From Zygnema circumcarinatum SAG 698-1b (lineage: Eukaryota > Plantae > Zygnematophyceae), in assembly GCA_037447605.1 (NCBI GenBank), contig CM074811.1, positions 1,798,001 to 1,862,000 of the forward strand: a stretch of DNA of 64,000 nucleotides. The letters run 5' to 3'. Below the pieces are notes generated by a model. The model ran no database searches. It saw only the letters and a program-made list of their open reading frames with translations, and was not told the DNA's origin. Positions within the stretch are counted from its first letter, which is position 1. The number at the start of each line of letters is the position of its first letter. Both the position numbers and the translations under genes were made by a program. Below, piece by piece: positions 1 to 11,230 of the stretch.

Positions 1-170
1 TAGAAAGGCAGAAGGTGTGGAAGACCCAAGAAACCACGTGGAAACGAAGCGAGAAAGAGGACGCAATCCTACTTCTTTATCGGTTGTGTCTTCCAGATTT
101 CCATTTGAAGTTGCATGATGGTGCAGGATGGCCGTGGGAGTGCACAACATGGCGCAATGAGGCCAAAGCG

Positions 171-370
171 AACCAAGCCAAGCCAAGCCAAGCCAAGCCA
201 AGCCAAACCAAGCCAAACCAAGCGAAGCCAAGTCAAGTCAAGTCAATCCAAGCCAGGTCAAGTCAAGTCAAGCCAAGCTAAGTGAAGCCAAAGCAAGCTC
301 TAGACTAGCTCTTGACTAGCCTAGCCTAGCTTAGGATAGCTTAGCTTAGCCTAGCCTAGCCTAGCCTAGC
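171..370. repeat. Degenerate pentamer microsatellite (AAGCC/AAGTC grading into TAGCC/TAGCT) upstream of CCT6
   Basis: Direct reading: aaccaagccaagccaagcc...aagtcaagtc...ctagcctagcctagc; explains the spurious AKPSQ ORF at 15-281. Confidence 0.9.
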
Positions 371-557
371 CTTAGGGCGGACATGCGCCGCGGCGGGCGC
401 CTCTTTTTGACAGCGCTTGCTCCTGGTGGACTGGGCGGGGCTGGGCTGCAGTAAGGGCAGGCGAGGGCAGGGCAAGGGAGAGGCGCGGATTGACTGACTG
501 CAGGCAGGCAGGCAGGCGGGGAGGGAGGGAGCTTGGGACTACCGCGCAGCCGCCGCC

Positions 558-3500
558 ATGGCGCTCCGCGTGGTCAATCCCAATGCAGAGTCCATTGGAA
601 AGTCAGCAGCGCTTTTCATGAACATCAACGCCGCCAAAGGGCTGCAGGATGTTCTCAGGTCGAACTTGGGTCCCCGGGGGACCATTAAGATGTAAGAGTC
701 CATTCTTTTCCACCTTCAGTAGTGCTGGTGCTCCGTCGTCCTGGCGCAATACTGCATCTGGTTACTGTAGATCAAGGCCAGTCCTGCAATCTCTTCCTTC
801 AAAAGTGTGTCGACGGGCCGCGGCTGAAACCGCAATTGCTTTCACTTGAGGTGGATAATTAGGTTTAGCGGGGCACAAGAAATCCGGTTGGCAATTCTGT
901 TGATTTTGCCGCGTTTGCAGGCTTGTTGGAGGCTCAGGGGATATAAAGCTAACGAAAGACGGAAACACCCTCCTTCGAGAAATGGTAGACGAAATCTCTC
1001 TACAATTTCTTATTTGTACCTTTTCCGCATGATTCTGGTTTTGCAGTTTTGATCCTGACCGTTTAAAGTTTCAAAGGGTTTTGGAATTTGTGAATTCAGT
1101 TCAGGAAAGTTACACTTAATGAACAGTTTTGGTTGTGCTGGAAATCCCCAACTTTTATGTGCCATAGCTGATGCACATCTTCTTTATGTTCTAGCGTTTT
1201 TAAAGAAGAACGTAAGCATTCTACAGGATCAGACAGGTTCGTAAGGGTTCTCAGTATCTTCTTTTTATTTTCTCTGAACCTCCCTCCCTCCCCCCCTCCC
1301 TCCCTGCAGCAAATACAAAACCCCACAGCAATCATGATTGCTCGGACTGCCACAGCCCAAGACGACATAGCAGGAGATGGAACAACTTCAACGGTGCTTT
1401 TGATCGGGGAGATTATGAAGCAATCGGACAGGTTTATCAGTGAAGGTACGAGAACAACTTAACTGCAGGTGATTGCCCTCTTCTGTCGAAGAGTTATGCG
1501 TCTTTTTAAGTTGACCAAGTTTCTTTGCTCGTAGTTGCGTAGAGACGACTACTTCTACTACTACTAGTTGGATTAGAGTAACTGTTGGCCCAACCTCAAA
1601 ATATGTGAAGCTATAACTGACTTGCTGCACTTTGTATTGGCTCCAGGAATGCATCCTCGGCTACTTTGTGATGGGTTCGAGGTAGCGAAGAAGGCAACGT
1701 TGCAATTTTTGGAAACCTTCAAAACCCCGGTGGTGATTGCTGACAGCCCAGACAAAGAGATGCTGAGGATGGTGGCAAGAACAACTTTGCGGACTAAGGT
1801 CAGAACCTGGCTCAAAAGGAATGATTTGCGTCCTTAACGCCAAGAGATTGCTTGAACATGTGCCTTATTTTTAATGACCCTCGTTGACAGGAACATGTCA
1901 TACTGTGTGATGAACGTCGCTTGCAGTACGGAACCATACAAACCTAACGTAGACCGGACAACAATCCATTCTTTAGGGGGTACATACCTATGCGACAAAG
2001 ATGTTGAATTTAACCTTGATAGGGATAGTCATCTATTACCCCTGGAACATAACTGTAAGGATGTTTCAATAGTGCAGCGCTGTGGGCCATAAGAGAATGA
2101 GTCGAAGTCTGTGTAAGTTGTTGTGATGAAGTCGTCAGCCATGTCTTGAGATAGTGAAGCCAAGGGATGTGCGGGTGCAGGTGCATGAGGAGCTTGCAGA
2201 TCAGTTGACAGACATTGTGGTGAATGCAGTAAGTTTTACCTTTATGGATGTGCTTGTTTTTTCTTAAAGGTTCTCCAAGTCCAAGGTGTGCCTCATGTTA
2301 CAATCAATAATTTAAGCTGTAGCATACATTCTTGGATGCTCAAATCGTGTGATAACACACTCTATGGCACCTCGGATAAATTGATTTGTGATGGTACTTC
2401 GCTGAGAGTGTCTTTTCATTCGAGGGCATAACGCTGCAGCTGTGAGTATGGCGCTTCTTTGGCTTTCCCATCTGTAGATGTGTTTCTGGTAGTTGTAATG
2501 AGGCACTTGTCCCTGGTGGTTGGATGCAGGTGCTCTGCATCAAACAGCCGGAGGAGGCTATTGATCTCTTCATGGTAGAGATCATGCATATGAAACACAA
2601 GTTTGACACCGACACACGACTCGTGAGTGTTCATCTGCACATGCACCCAGCCTGAATGCGCATGCAAGAGAAGTTTCATTTTAATAAGGATAGAAGGGGG
2701 GGGGCGGGCCGGGGGGTTCGCCAGCGAATGCAACAATGTACTCCCTCTGAGCTCAGTTGTGACCTTTCACGTTGGCATGCAGGTTGAAGGCTTGGTACTA
2801 GACCATGGTGCTCGCCATCCTGACATGAAGAAGCGGGTGGAAAATTGCTACATCCTTACCTGCAACGTTTCGTTGGAGTATGAGAAAAGGTATACATATT
2901 TCATTTTTACCATTCAAGGAAGTAGTCCAATTTAGATCACTGCGTTTCAGTTACCTCTCACGACTATCGTTTATGAAGTAAAGTCTGACATGCAGGTATC
3001 CTCTATTTCATTATGTCCAAGTCTATGTCTCGTGTTGTGATTTTGACACACATTTGTCCCTTTGCATGATTCCTGCCTGTAGCCTTCCGTTGCTTTGCTT
3101 AATTTTGTACGCCTGTGCTGAAAGTGAGGTTGCGCTGCATTTTCACATTAGTTGCTTTCCATTCGTTTTCTAGAGTATTGCTGCTTGAAGTGGTAACTGA
3201 AACGGAAGCATTGCTGCTCTGGCAGCTCTCCTTATACATATCAAGTCAGGCAAGTCTTTGTTAAAGATAATGACATGTTGGAGCTGTGCGGTTTTTGCCG
3301 CTTGTCCAGAGTAGTCAGCATTTGTAACAAATAGTTCCCATATCTAGATTTATAAACAGCCCGTACTCGGACGTACCGTCTGCTCTTTTTTAGCTTTCCT
3401 TGTTCTCTGGCACAGTGAGGTGAATGCAGGCTTTTTCTACAACAACGCAGAGCAGAGAGAGAAGATGGTTGCTGCTGAAAGGAAGTTTGTTGACGAACGT

Positions 3501-6214
3501 GTTCAAATCATCATTGATTTGAAGAGAAAGGTGGGTTCTGTCCTTTCTGAGAAAGATTGAATAGCCATAGCTCTTTCCCCTATTTTTTTTTTTTAGTTGG
3601 CCAGCCACTGGAGCACTGTACCTTTGTCGCCGCGAAGCGACTAGTCTTCATTGGGTGGAAAACAAGTATGGAGCTGATTGGACCTGGAACCTTCTTCCTT
3701 GGTGGGGCCTGAGTGTACTGTGCAGGTCTGTGCTGGGACGGATAAAAACTTTGTTGTGATAAACCAGAAGGGAATCGATCCGCCATCTCTAGACATGCTG
3801 GCAAGGGAAGGGGTAAGGCCCTCCTTTCGGTAGTCTGTGCATGTAGATGGGCATTGCAAGACACATCTGTGCTGCTGTGACGATGAGGGTGCGTTGTGTT
3901 CCTGATATGGGCAATGTCTACCGTATGGAGTCATTCATGCATAATTGCATGCTGCATAATCACCTGACAGTTTTTTGTAACGAAAGCTACTAGTTGAGTC
4001 TGGTTTCAGGAGTTCAACTTCCCTCTATGCCCATGTGTGTCAATGCGAAATGTTCCTCACTGGAAGTTCCGGTCTCCGTTCAATGTGGCAGTTTACAATT
4101 CGTAGAGTAGGCTAATGATGAGCCTCTCTCTCTCTCTCTCTCTCCCCCTCACGCCCTCTCTCTCTCGTTTTTCTGCGCTGTACCTTCTGATAGATCGTAG
4201 CCTTGCGGAGAGCAAAAAGGCGAAACATGGAGCGGTTGGTGTTGGCGTGTGGTGGGGAGGCGGTGAACTCAGTGGACGGCCTGTCAGAGAAGGATCTTGG
4301 CTGGGCTGGTCTTGTCTACGAGCACGTGCTGGGAGAGGAGAAGTACACTTTTGTGGAGGGAGTGAAGAACCCGCGCTCTTGCACCATTCTTATCAAAGGT
4401 GTGCAAAGCTACTCGGCAACCGCCGGTTGTCCTTGTAGTGGACAAAGTTAGTCGACCTAGTTGGACTTCAGTTCGATTGTTGGCTAGCTACAAAAAATCT
4501 GCAAAGTCATGCTGCAAGGGAAGCGTTGCCGTCATATTTGTGCTCAAGCTGGGTCTCCGTTTCTCTCATGACTATGGGTTGCGCATTTGAAGGAAATGTC
4601 AGGTGCTTAAAGTTTCATTTCGACTTTTTTATGAGCCGCCTTTGTGCTCTAAGTGCTGCGGGTGTCCAAACAGTGGCGCTTTCATCTTAAAATTGTTTTG
4701 TTTTGATATAAACTTAAAGATATCACTTTGGATGATGAGTTCTGGCAGGTCCCAACGATCACACCATAGCACAGATCAAGGATGCTGTGCGGGATGGTCT
4801 TCGTTCAGTCAAGAATACAATCGAAGACGAAGCTTTGGTGCTGGTGAGTCTTTTTGTTAATTCGGAACTGTCCTTTCTGGGTAACTCTGCATATGAATAT
4901 AGATGAATGTGGGGAGGGAGGGGGTTGAGTGGACATGTTGGTATTCCTCTGCGAGTGTCTGAACAATGTGTTATAAGACTTCCGACGCAACTCTGCGCTT
5001 CGGTTCCTTCAATCATGCAAAGAATGGTAGGGCTGCTCTTTTCCTGGAAAGGAGGTGGATCTAGAAGTTGGAGTACATGTATCGATGAGGAAAGGGTGGA
5101 CGATGGCTCATAGGATAGAAGCTTTTTGTGTTGGAGAAGGGAACAGTGATCCTTTTGCTGCTATGTCTTGAGTAACAAGATCACTGTTTACCTGTGTGGA
5201 ACAGGGAGCAGGGGCATTTGAGGTTGCAGCTCGTCAACATTTGATGCAAAATGTCAAGAAGACCGTGCAAGGGGTGGGGCGGTTTCTATCCTCCAGTTGA
5301 ATGCCGCTTGACGCCGGCGATGGGCACATGCTTGCACCCTTGAAACTTTACGCAATCAGTTTGTTCTCGCATGGTCCATGCGAAGTAAATTTCGAAGATT
5401 GTCTCACTTTCCTGACATTAATTCCTGGAAGGAATGCAGAGGGCCCAACTGGGTGTCGAGGCTTTTGCGGATGCTCTGCTAGTCATCCCGAAAACTTTAG
5501 CAGAAAACTCAGGACTTGACACACAGGACGTCATCATCTCGTTGCAGGTGAGTTTATTTTCCTCCTCAGAGCCTCCATGTAGTTGGAACGAGGGTTGTAT
5601 GTTGCCAGAACAGACATGAACATGAACACGAACTTTCTTGTGTCCCCCCACCCAGTAAATGGACCTGTTTGTTAGGGCAACAGCCAGAAGGACGTAAGAA
5701 ATAGGGGAAGACATGATGATTTGAACACCGCTTGCTAAGTATCCACAATGTAGTTCCTGATCTGTCTGCTGACGGAGAAATCCTTTTGCAGGGTCTGCAC
5801 AAGATGGTACATCTTGCTCCTGACATCTTCCTCCTGTGATGGTGCGAGTGCAGTCAGAGCACGACAATGGCAACGTGGTGGGTCTGAACATTCACACGGG
5901 AGAGCCCATGGATCCCCAGATGGAGGGTGTGTACGATAACTACTCCGTTAAAAGGCAAATGATAGACTCTGCGTAAGTGCTCGCTCAGGCGCCCTCAACA
6001 ATCATATTTGTCATCTTGAGGGGCCAATACTTTTTGCTGCAGGCGCCTCCTATTGCATGCCTTGTTTTTTAGGCTCTATTTTGATGGTTTATGAGACTTC
6101 ACCTGATCACGATCCATGCATGCGTGTGTGTGTGCGTGCAGGCCCATCATCGCCTCACAATTGCTTCTGGTGGATGAAGTCATGCGAGCGGGTCGCAACA
6201 TGCGGAAAAGTTGA
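558..6214 (+). CDS. CCT6: T-complex protein 1 subunit zeta (CCT6), 15 exons, 534 aa
   Basis: Exons 558-691, 921-984, 1310-1445, 1647-1798, 2181-2228, 2530-2622, 2783-2889, 3416-3530, 3726-3812, 4194-4398, 4749-4843, 5205-5273, 5440-5547, 5854-5972, 6142-6214. All introns GT-AG; total 1605 nt in frame. Motifs [44 protein letters not shown]-terminal [16 protein letters not shown]. Confidence 0.97.
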
Positions 6215-6442
6215 GGGGGGGGGTTGTAGCGGCAGCTTGGTGTGCGGGGGGGGCTGTCTTCTTTCCGGCTTTCGTGTTCCTTGCGGCATTTAGATGTGTA
6301 GAGTGAGAACGCCAAATAAACGAAAGCCGCCTCGTGTCGACTCAGCAAGGTCGCTCTTTTTCTCGCTCCAATTTTGAGTTCATCTTGAATTGGGCGAGGC
6401 TTCATGGTTTGCCATTCACACCTTGTAGTTCTCGATAACACT

Positions 6443-6478
6443 CTGTAGCAGCCGTACCGCCACGGTGGCACACGCGAT
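6443..6478. repeat. Isolated copy of the 38-bp minisatellite unit (left remnant of the interrupted array)
   Basis: ctgtagcagccgtaccgccacggtggcacacgcgat matches the unit of the array at 9826-10080. Confidence 0.85.
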
Positions 6479-6542
6479 GCAGGAGCCCCCTTAATATTTT
6501 CCACCCGAGCATTTTCGCAACTCAAGAAATTCGCCCAGATTA

Positions 6543-6699
6543 GGGGGTGTCAGACTTAACAAAATCTTACGAAAAGCGTTACGAAAAAAAAGGTTACGAA
6601 AGTACTCCGCCGCAGGAGGATCGCGATTATATTGGAGTACTCGTTCTGATGTCAAACTTACGAACACGCGTACTGAAATTTTTTAAGTCTGACACCCCC
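6543..6699. mobile_element. 157-bp MITE with perfect 17-bp TIRs and TA TSD (Tc1/mariner, Stowaway-like)
   Basis: ta|GGGGGTGTCAGACTTAA...TTAAGTCTGACACCCCC|ta; internal ttacgaa repeats; no ORF. Confidence 0.85.
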
Positions 6700-6980
6700 T
6701 ATTAAGGGGAGTCAGACCTTGACCATCGCTTACGGGATTCCCGTACTGTATGAGATGCGAAAGGTACGAGTAACCGTAAATGTATATGTACGGCACCAAT
6801 AAGAGCTCGTGACAGGGTCCGCCGGGCGGCCATGCGTCTCCGTACAGAAAAAAACAGAAACAGTACGGCCACAGGCCAGTCTCGAGAAACCACGACCGCT
6901 CCGTAATAAGACAAAACCGTACAGCTTTGTCCGCTAGTTATTTGTGGTGGTCGGCAGCTAATACCCCCGCCTAAATGTTA

Positions 6981-8793
6981 CACAGTTCGGACCAGTGGAT
7001 CGGCAACCATTGGACAACCATTGGATGGCAATGGTTGGACGTCTACTGGTCGGCAACCAGTCGACTGGTTGCCAACAAGTGGCATCCACTGGTTCCAAAC
7101 CAGTCGACTGGTTCGGAACCAGTGGATGCCACTGGTTGGCAACCAGTCGAATGGTTGTTTCGATCCGGCGGCACTGGTTGGCAACCATTCGACTGGTTGT
7201 GAACCAGTGGCATCCACTGGTTCACAACCAGTCGAATGGTTGTTTCGATCCGGCGGCACTGGTTGGCAACCAGTCGACTGGTTGTGAACCAGTGGCATCC
7301 ACTGGTTGGCAACCAGTCGAATGGTTATATCCATTAAATCAAATGGTTGGCAACCATTGGATCACTGGTTCCGAACCAGTCGAATGGTTGTTTCAGTCCT
7401 GCGCCACTGGTTCGCAACCAGTCGACTGGTTTCCAACCAGTGGATGCCACTGGTTGGCAACCAGTGGATGCCACTGGTTGGCAACCAGTCGAATGGTTGT
7501 TTCGGTCCGCAACCACTGGTTGGCAACCAGTCGACTGGTTTGGAACCAGTGGATGCCACTGGTTGGCAACCAGTCGAATGGTTGTTTTGATTCGCAACCA
7601 CTGGTTGCCAACCAGTCGAATGGTTGTTTCGGTCCGCAACCACTGGTTCCAAACCATTCGACTGGTTGTTTCGGTCCGCAACCACTGGTTGCCAACCAGT
7701 GGCATCCACTGGTTCACAACCAGTCGACTGGTTGCCAACCAGTGCCGCCGGATCGAAACAACCATTCGACTGGTTGCCAACCAGTGGCATCCACTGGTTC
7801 CGAACCAGTCGACTGGTTCGGAACCAGTGGATGCCACTGGTTGGCAACCAGTGGATGCCACTGGTTGGCAACCAGTCGACTGGTTGCCAACCAGTGGCAT
7901 CCACTGGTTCCAAACCAGTCGAATGGTTGTTTCGATCTGGCGGCACTGGTTGGCAACCAGTCGAATGGTTGTTTCGGTCGCAACCACTGGTTGCCAACCA
8001 GTCGAATGGTTGTTTCGATCTGGCGGCACTGGTTGGCAACCAGTCGACTGGTTGTGAACCAGTGGCATCCACTGGTTGGCAACCAGTGGATGCAAATGGT
8101 TGGCAACCATTAAATCACTAGTTGTAGCGAACTGAACGCTACAGTTACCAAAATGCCGTCGGCGTTTCGGAGAAAACTATTACGGTTCGGCCGTACAGAA
8201 TTCCCGTACAACCGTACGACTCGGCTGTACGGATCCGTACACATCTGTACGCATCAGGCTTGTTACACTAGTTGTCAACGGTTGGCAACCCACCAAAAAA
8301 CACATACGACCCATTTTTGCAAAAAGGCATAATTTCAGAAATTCAATGGTTGCCAACCATTGGATCACTGGTTCCGAACCAGTCGAATGGTTGTTTCAGT
8401 CCTGCGCCACTGGTTCGCAACCAGTCGACTGGTTTCCAACCAGTGGCATCCACTGGTTGGCAACCATTGGATCACTGGTTCCGGAACCAGTCGAATGGTT
8501 GTTTCGATCCGGCGGCACTGGTTGGCAACCAGTCGACTGGTTGCCAACCAGTCGAATGGTTGCCAACCAGTGGCATCCACTGGTTCCAAACCAGTCGAAT
8601 GGTTGTTTCGGTCCTGAGCCACTGGTTGGCAACCAGTCGAATGGTTGTTTTGATTCGCAACCACTGGTTGCCAACCAGTCGAATGGTTGTTTCGGTCCGC
8701 AACCACTGGTTCCAAACCATTCGACTGGTTGTTTCGGTCCGCAACCACTGGTTGCCAACCAGTCGACTGGTTTGTCTAATGGTCCGATCTGTG
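6981..8793. mobile_element. Foldback-like non-autonomous DNA element, copy 1 (1813 bp), arms built of palindromic modules
   Basis: TIR CACAGTTCGGACCAGTGGA vs reverse complement of end CACAGATCGGACCATTAGA; AAATGTTA on both sides (6973-6980, 8794-8801); arms of ACCAGTCGACTGGT and ACCAGTGGATGCCACTGGT modules. Confidence 0.8.
8123..8267 (+). mobile_element. 145-bp solo LTR (TG...CA) with 5-bp TSD CTAGT inside foldback copy 1
   Basis: ctagt|TGTAGCGAACTGAACGCTACAGTTACC...CTTGTTACA|ctagt; termini resemble the gypsy LTR at 18739 (TGTAGCAAAACGCTACAGTCACC...GTTGTTACA). Confidence 0.75.
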
Positions 8794-8801
8794 AAATGTT
8801 A

Positions 8802-9732
8802 CACAGTTCGGACCAGTGGATCGGCAACCATTGGACAACCATTGGATGGCAATGGTTGGACGTCTACTGGTTGGCAACCAGTCGACTGGTTGCCAACCAG
8901 TGGCATCCACTGGTTCCAAACCAGTCGAATGGTTGTTTCGATCTGGCGGCACTGGTTGGCAACCAGTCGAATGGTTGTTTCGGTCCGCAACCACTGGTTG
9001 CCAACCAGTCGAATGGTTGTTTCGATCTGGCGGCACTGGTTGGCAACCAGTCGAATGGTTATATCCATTAAATCAAATGGTTGGCAACCATTAAATCACT
9101 AGTTGTAGCGAACTGAACGCTACAGTTACCAAAATGCCGTCGGCGTTTCGGAGAAAACTATTACGGTTCGGCCGTACAGAATTCCCGTACAACCGTACGA
9201 CTCGGCTGTACGGATCCGTACACATCTGTACGCATCAGGCTTGTTACACTAGTTGTCAACGGTTGGCAACCCACCAAAAAACACATACGACCCATTTTTG
9301 CAAAAAGGCATAATTTCAGAAATTCAATGGTTGCCAACCATTGGATCACTGGTTCCGAACCAGTCGAATGGTTGTTTCAGTCCTGCGCCACTGGTTCGCA
9401 ACCAGTCGACTGGTTTCCAACCAGTGGCATCCACTGGTTCCAAACCAGTCGAATGGTTGTTTCGATCCGGCGGCACTGGTTGGCAACCAGTCGAATGGTT
9501 GCCAACCAGTGGCATCCACTGGTTCCAAACCAGTCGAATGGTTGTTTCGGTCCTGAGCCACTGGTTGGCAACCAGTCGAATGGTTGTTTCGGTCCGCAAC
9601 CACTGGTTGCCAACCAGTCGAATGGTTGTTTCGGTCCGCAACCACTGGTTGCCAACCAGTCGAATGGTTGTTTCGGTCCGCAACCACTGGTTGCCAACCA
9701 GTCGACTGGTTTGTCTAATGGTCCGATCTGTG
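8802..9732. mobile_element. Foldback-like element, copy 2 (931 bp), in tandem with copy 1
   Basis: Same termini; separated from copy 1 by a single AAATGTTA and followed by AAATGTTA (9733-9740); same central core offset by 981 bp. Confidence 0.8.
9104..9248 (+). mobile_element. Second copy of the 145-bp solo LTR with CTAGT TSD, inside foldback copy 2
   Basis: Appears identical to 8123-8267 including flanks. Confidence 0.75.
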
Positions 9733-9825
9733 AAATGTTACCACAGACTTCCTTCTACTTTCCAAACCCAAGATTTTCGTCCAATCTCGGCCGAAAACAT
9801 GGCGAAAATATTAGGGGGGGTACTG

Positions 9826-10080
9826 CTGTAGCAAATGTACTCTCAACACGGTGGCACAATCGATGGCTGTAGTAGCCATACCGCCACGGTGGCACACGCG
9901 ATGGCTGTATCAGCCGTACCGCCACGGTGGCGCACGCGATGGCTGTAGCAAATGCGCTCGCCACGGGTGGCACGCTCGATGGCTGTAGCAGCCGTACCGC
10001 CACGGTGGCACACGCGATGGCTGTAGCAGCCATATCGCCACGGTTGCACTCGCGATGGCTGTAGCAGCCGTACCGCCACG
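9826..10080. repeat. 38-bp minisatellite, about 6.5 diverged units (CGATGGCTGTAGCAGCCGTACCGCCACGGTGGCACACG)
   Basis: Units read directly; variants such as gctgtagcaaatgcgctcgccacgggtggcacgctcgat. Confidence 0.9.
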
Positions 10081-10840
10081 GCGAGCACACTCAAGTGCCC
10101 CACTTGCAAGTCCTTCCGTACCATATAGTACAGTACCTTACTGTACGGCAGCCACGGTGGCCAGCTCGCGTCTGTACGCCTTTTATTGCGCTTTCACGAC
10201 ACGCATTTCTGAATTTCTGAAATTTGCTATTTTGTCAGAAATTCAAAGCGTCAGTAGTGCAAAGGATCCGTCAGCAATCATTTTCGTAAATTTTAAACCA
10301 AATGGAGTACTTCGCATAATTTAGAATGCCTTACCAAAGATTATCCATTCTTATATTAGTTGAAGTATCGCTTTTTGTCAAATTTTGCCATCTGACACGC
10401 CCAATTGAACGCTCCCGTTCGTTCTTAAACTTGTGGTACTGACCGACAACGCGACAGAATCCAGATTCTCAGATCTCAAAAAGGACACAGATATTATTCT
10501 CATATATGGTACGGACATAGCCACCCGTACAGTTTCCTATGAAGCGACGCTCCTTGTCTTTATCGAGCAGTTTCGGGGACTCCGCACTTGTGATCTTTGC
10601 ACGTGCGGCCTTCCTCCAATGGCGTCCTCCGATTGGGTCCCGACGGGCGGGAGGCGCCCTCGGCCGTAGGGCACACGTGTCGCGCCACCGCCGCTCCGCG
10701 ACACGGCGGAGGTGCAGGCGGGAGGGGGGGATCCAAGGCCTCCCATTGGCCGGAGCTCCGCGAACGGCGGGCCCTGCACGGCCGAGCTGACGGACAAAGG
10801 CGCGCGGCTGACGGAGAACGCGAGGCAGACTGAGGGACGC

Positions 10841-11228
10841 GGGGGGAGGGAGAGAGAGAAAGAGAGGGAGAGAGAGATAGAGGAGAGGGAGAAAGGAAGC
10901 GAGTGGGAGAAGAGGAAGGGAGAGAGGAAACGAGGGAGAGGGGGAGAGAAAGGGAGAGAGGAAGCGAGGGAGGGGGGAGAGGGAGAGAGGAAAGCGGGGG
11001 GAGAGGATAAGCGGGAGTGGGGGAGGAAGGAGGGAGAGGGGGAGAGAAGGAGAGGAAGGAGAGGTGGGGAGAGAGAAAGAGGGAGAGAGTATAAGTGGGA
11101 GTGGGGGAGAAAGTTGGGAGAGCGGGTGAGAAGGAGAGAGGAGGGAGAGAGGAAGCGAGGGAGAAAGGAAAAGAGAGGGAGGAGAGAAGAAAAGCGGGAG
11201 AGGGGGAGAAAGGGGAAAGAGGGAGAGG
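10841..11228 (+). repeat. About 390-nt polypurine (GA-rich) tract immediately upstream of the MFS copy 1 ATG
   Basis: Almost exclusively G/A; source of the spurious E/R/G and L/S/P ORFs. Confidence 0.9.
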
Positions 11229-11230
11229 CC

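Larger units (their letters stand above)
6480..9825. mobile_element. Non-autonomous TIR element (CAG...CTG ends) inserted into the 38-bp minisatellite; hosts nested insertions
   Basis: Left GCAGGAGCCCCCTTAATATTTTC (6479-6501) vs reverse complement of right end GCAGTACCCCCCCTAATATTTTC (9804-9826): 20/23 identical. Flanks rejoin as minisatellite sequence (cacgcgatg|ctgtagca). No clear TSD. Confidence 0.6.

Noticed and set aside
6706-6720. GGGGAGTCAGACC, resembling the MITE TIR
   Set aside because: No matching partner end compatible with the nesting was found
6981-9732. CRISPR-like repeat-spacer array
   Set aside because: No unique spacers, eukaryotic intron-rich context, no cas genes; explained by TIR/TSD structure
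6958-9872. Many long ORFs in all six frames (up to 372 aa)
   Set aside because: The palindromic modules lack stop codons on both strands, so openness is an artefact; no coding bias or domain
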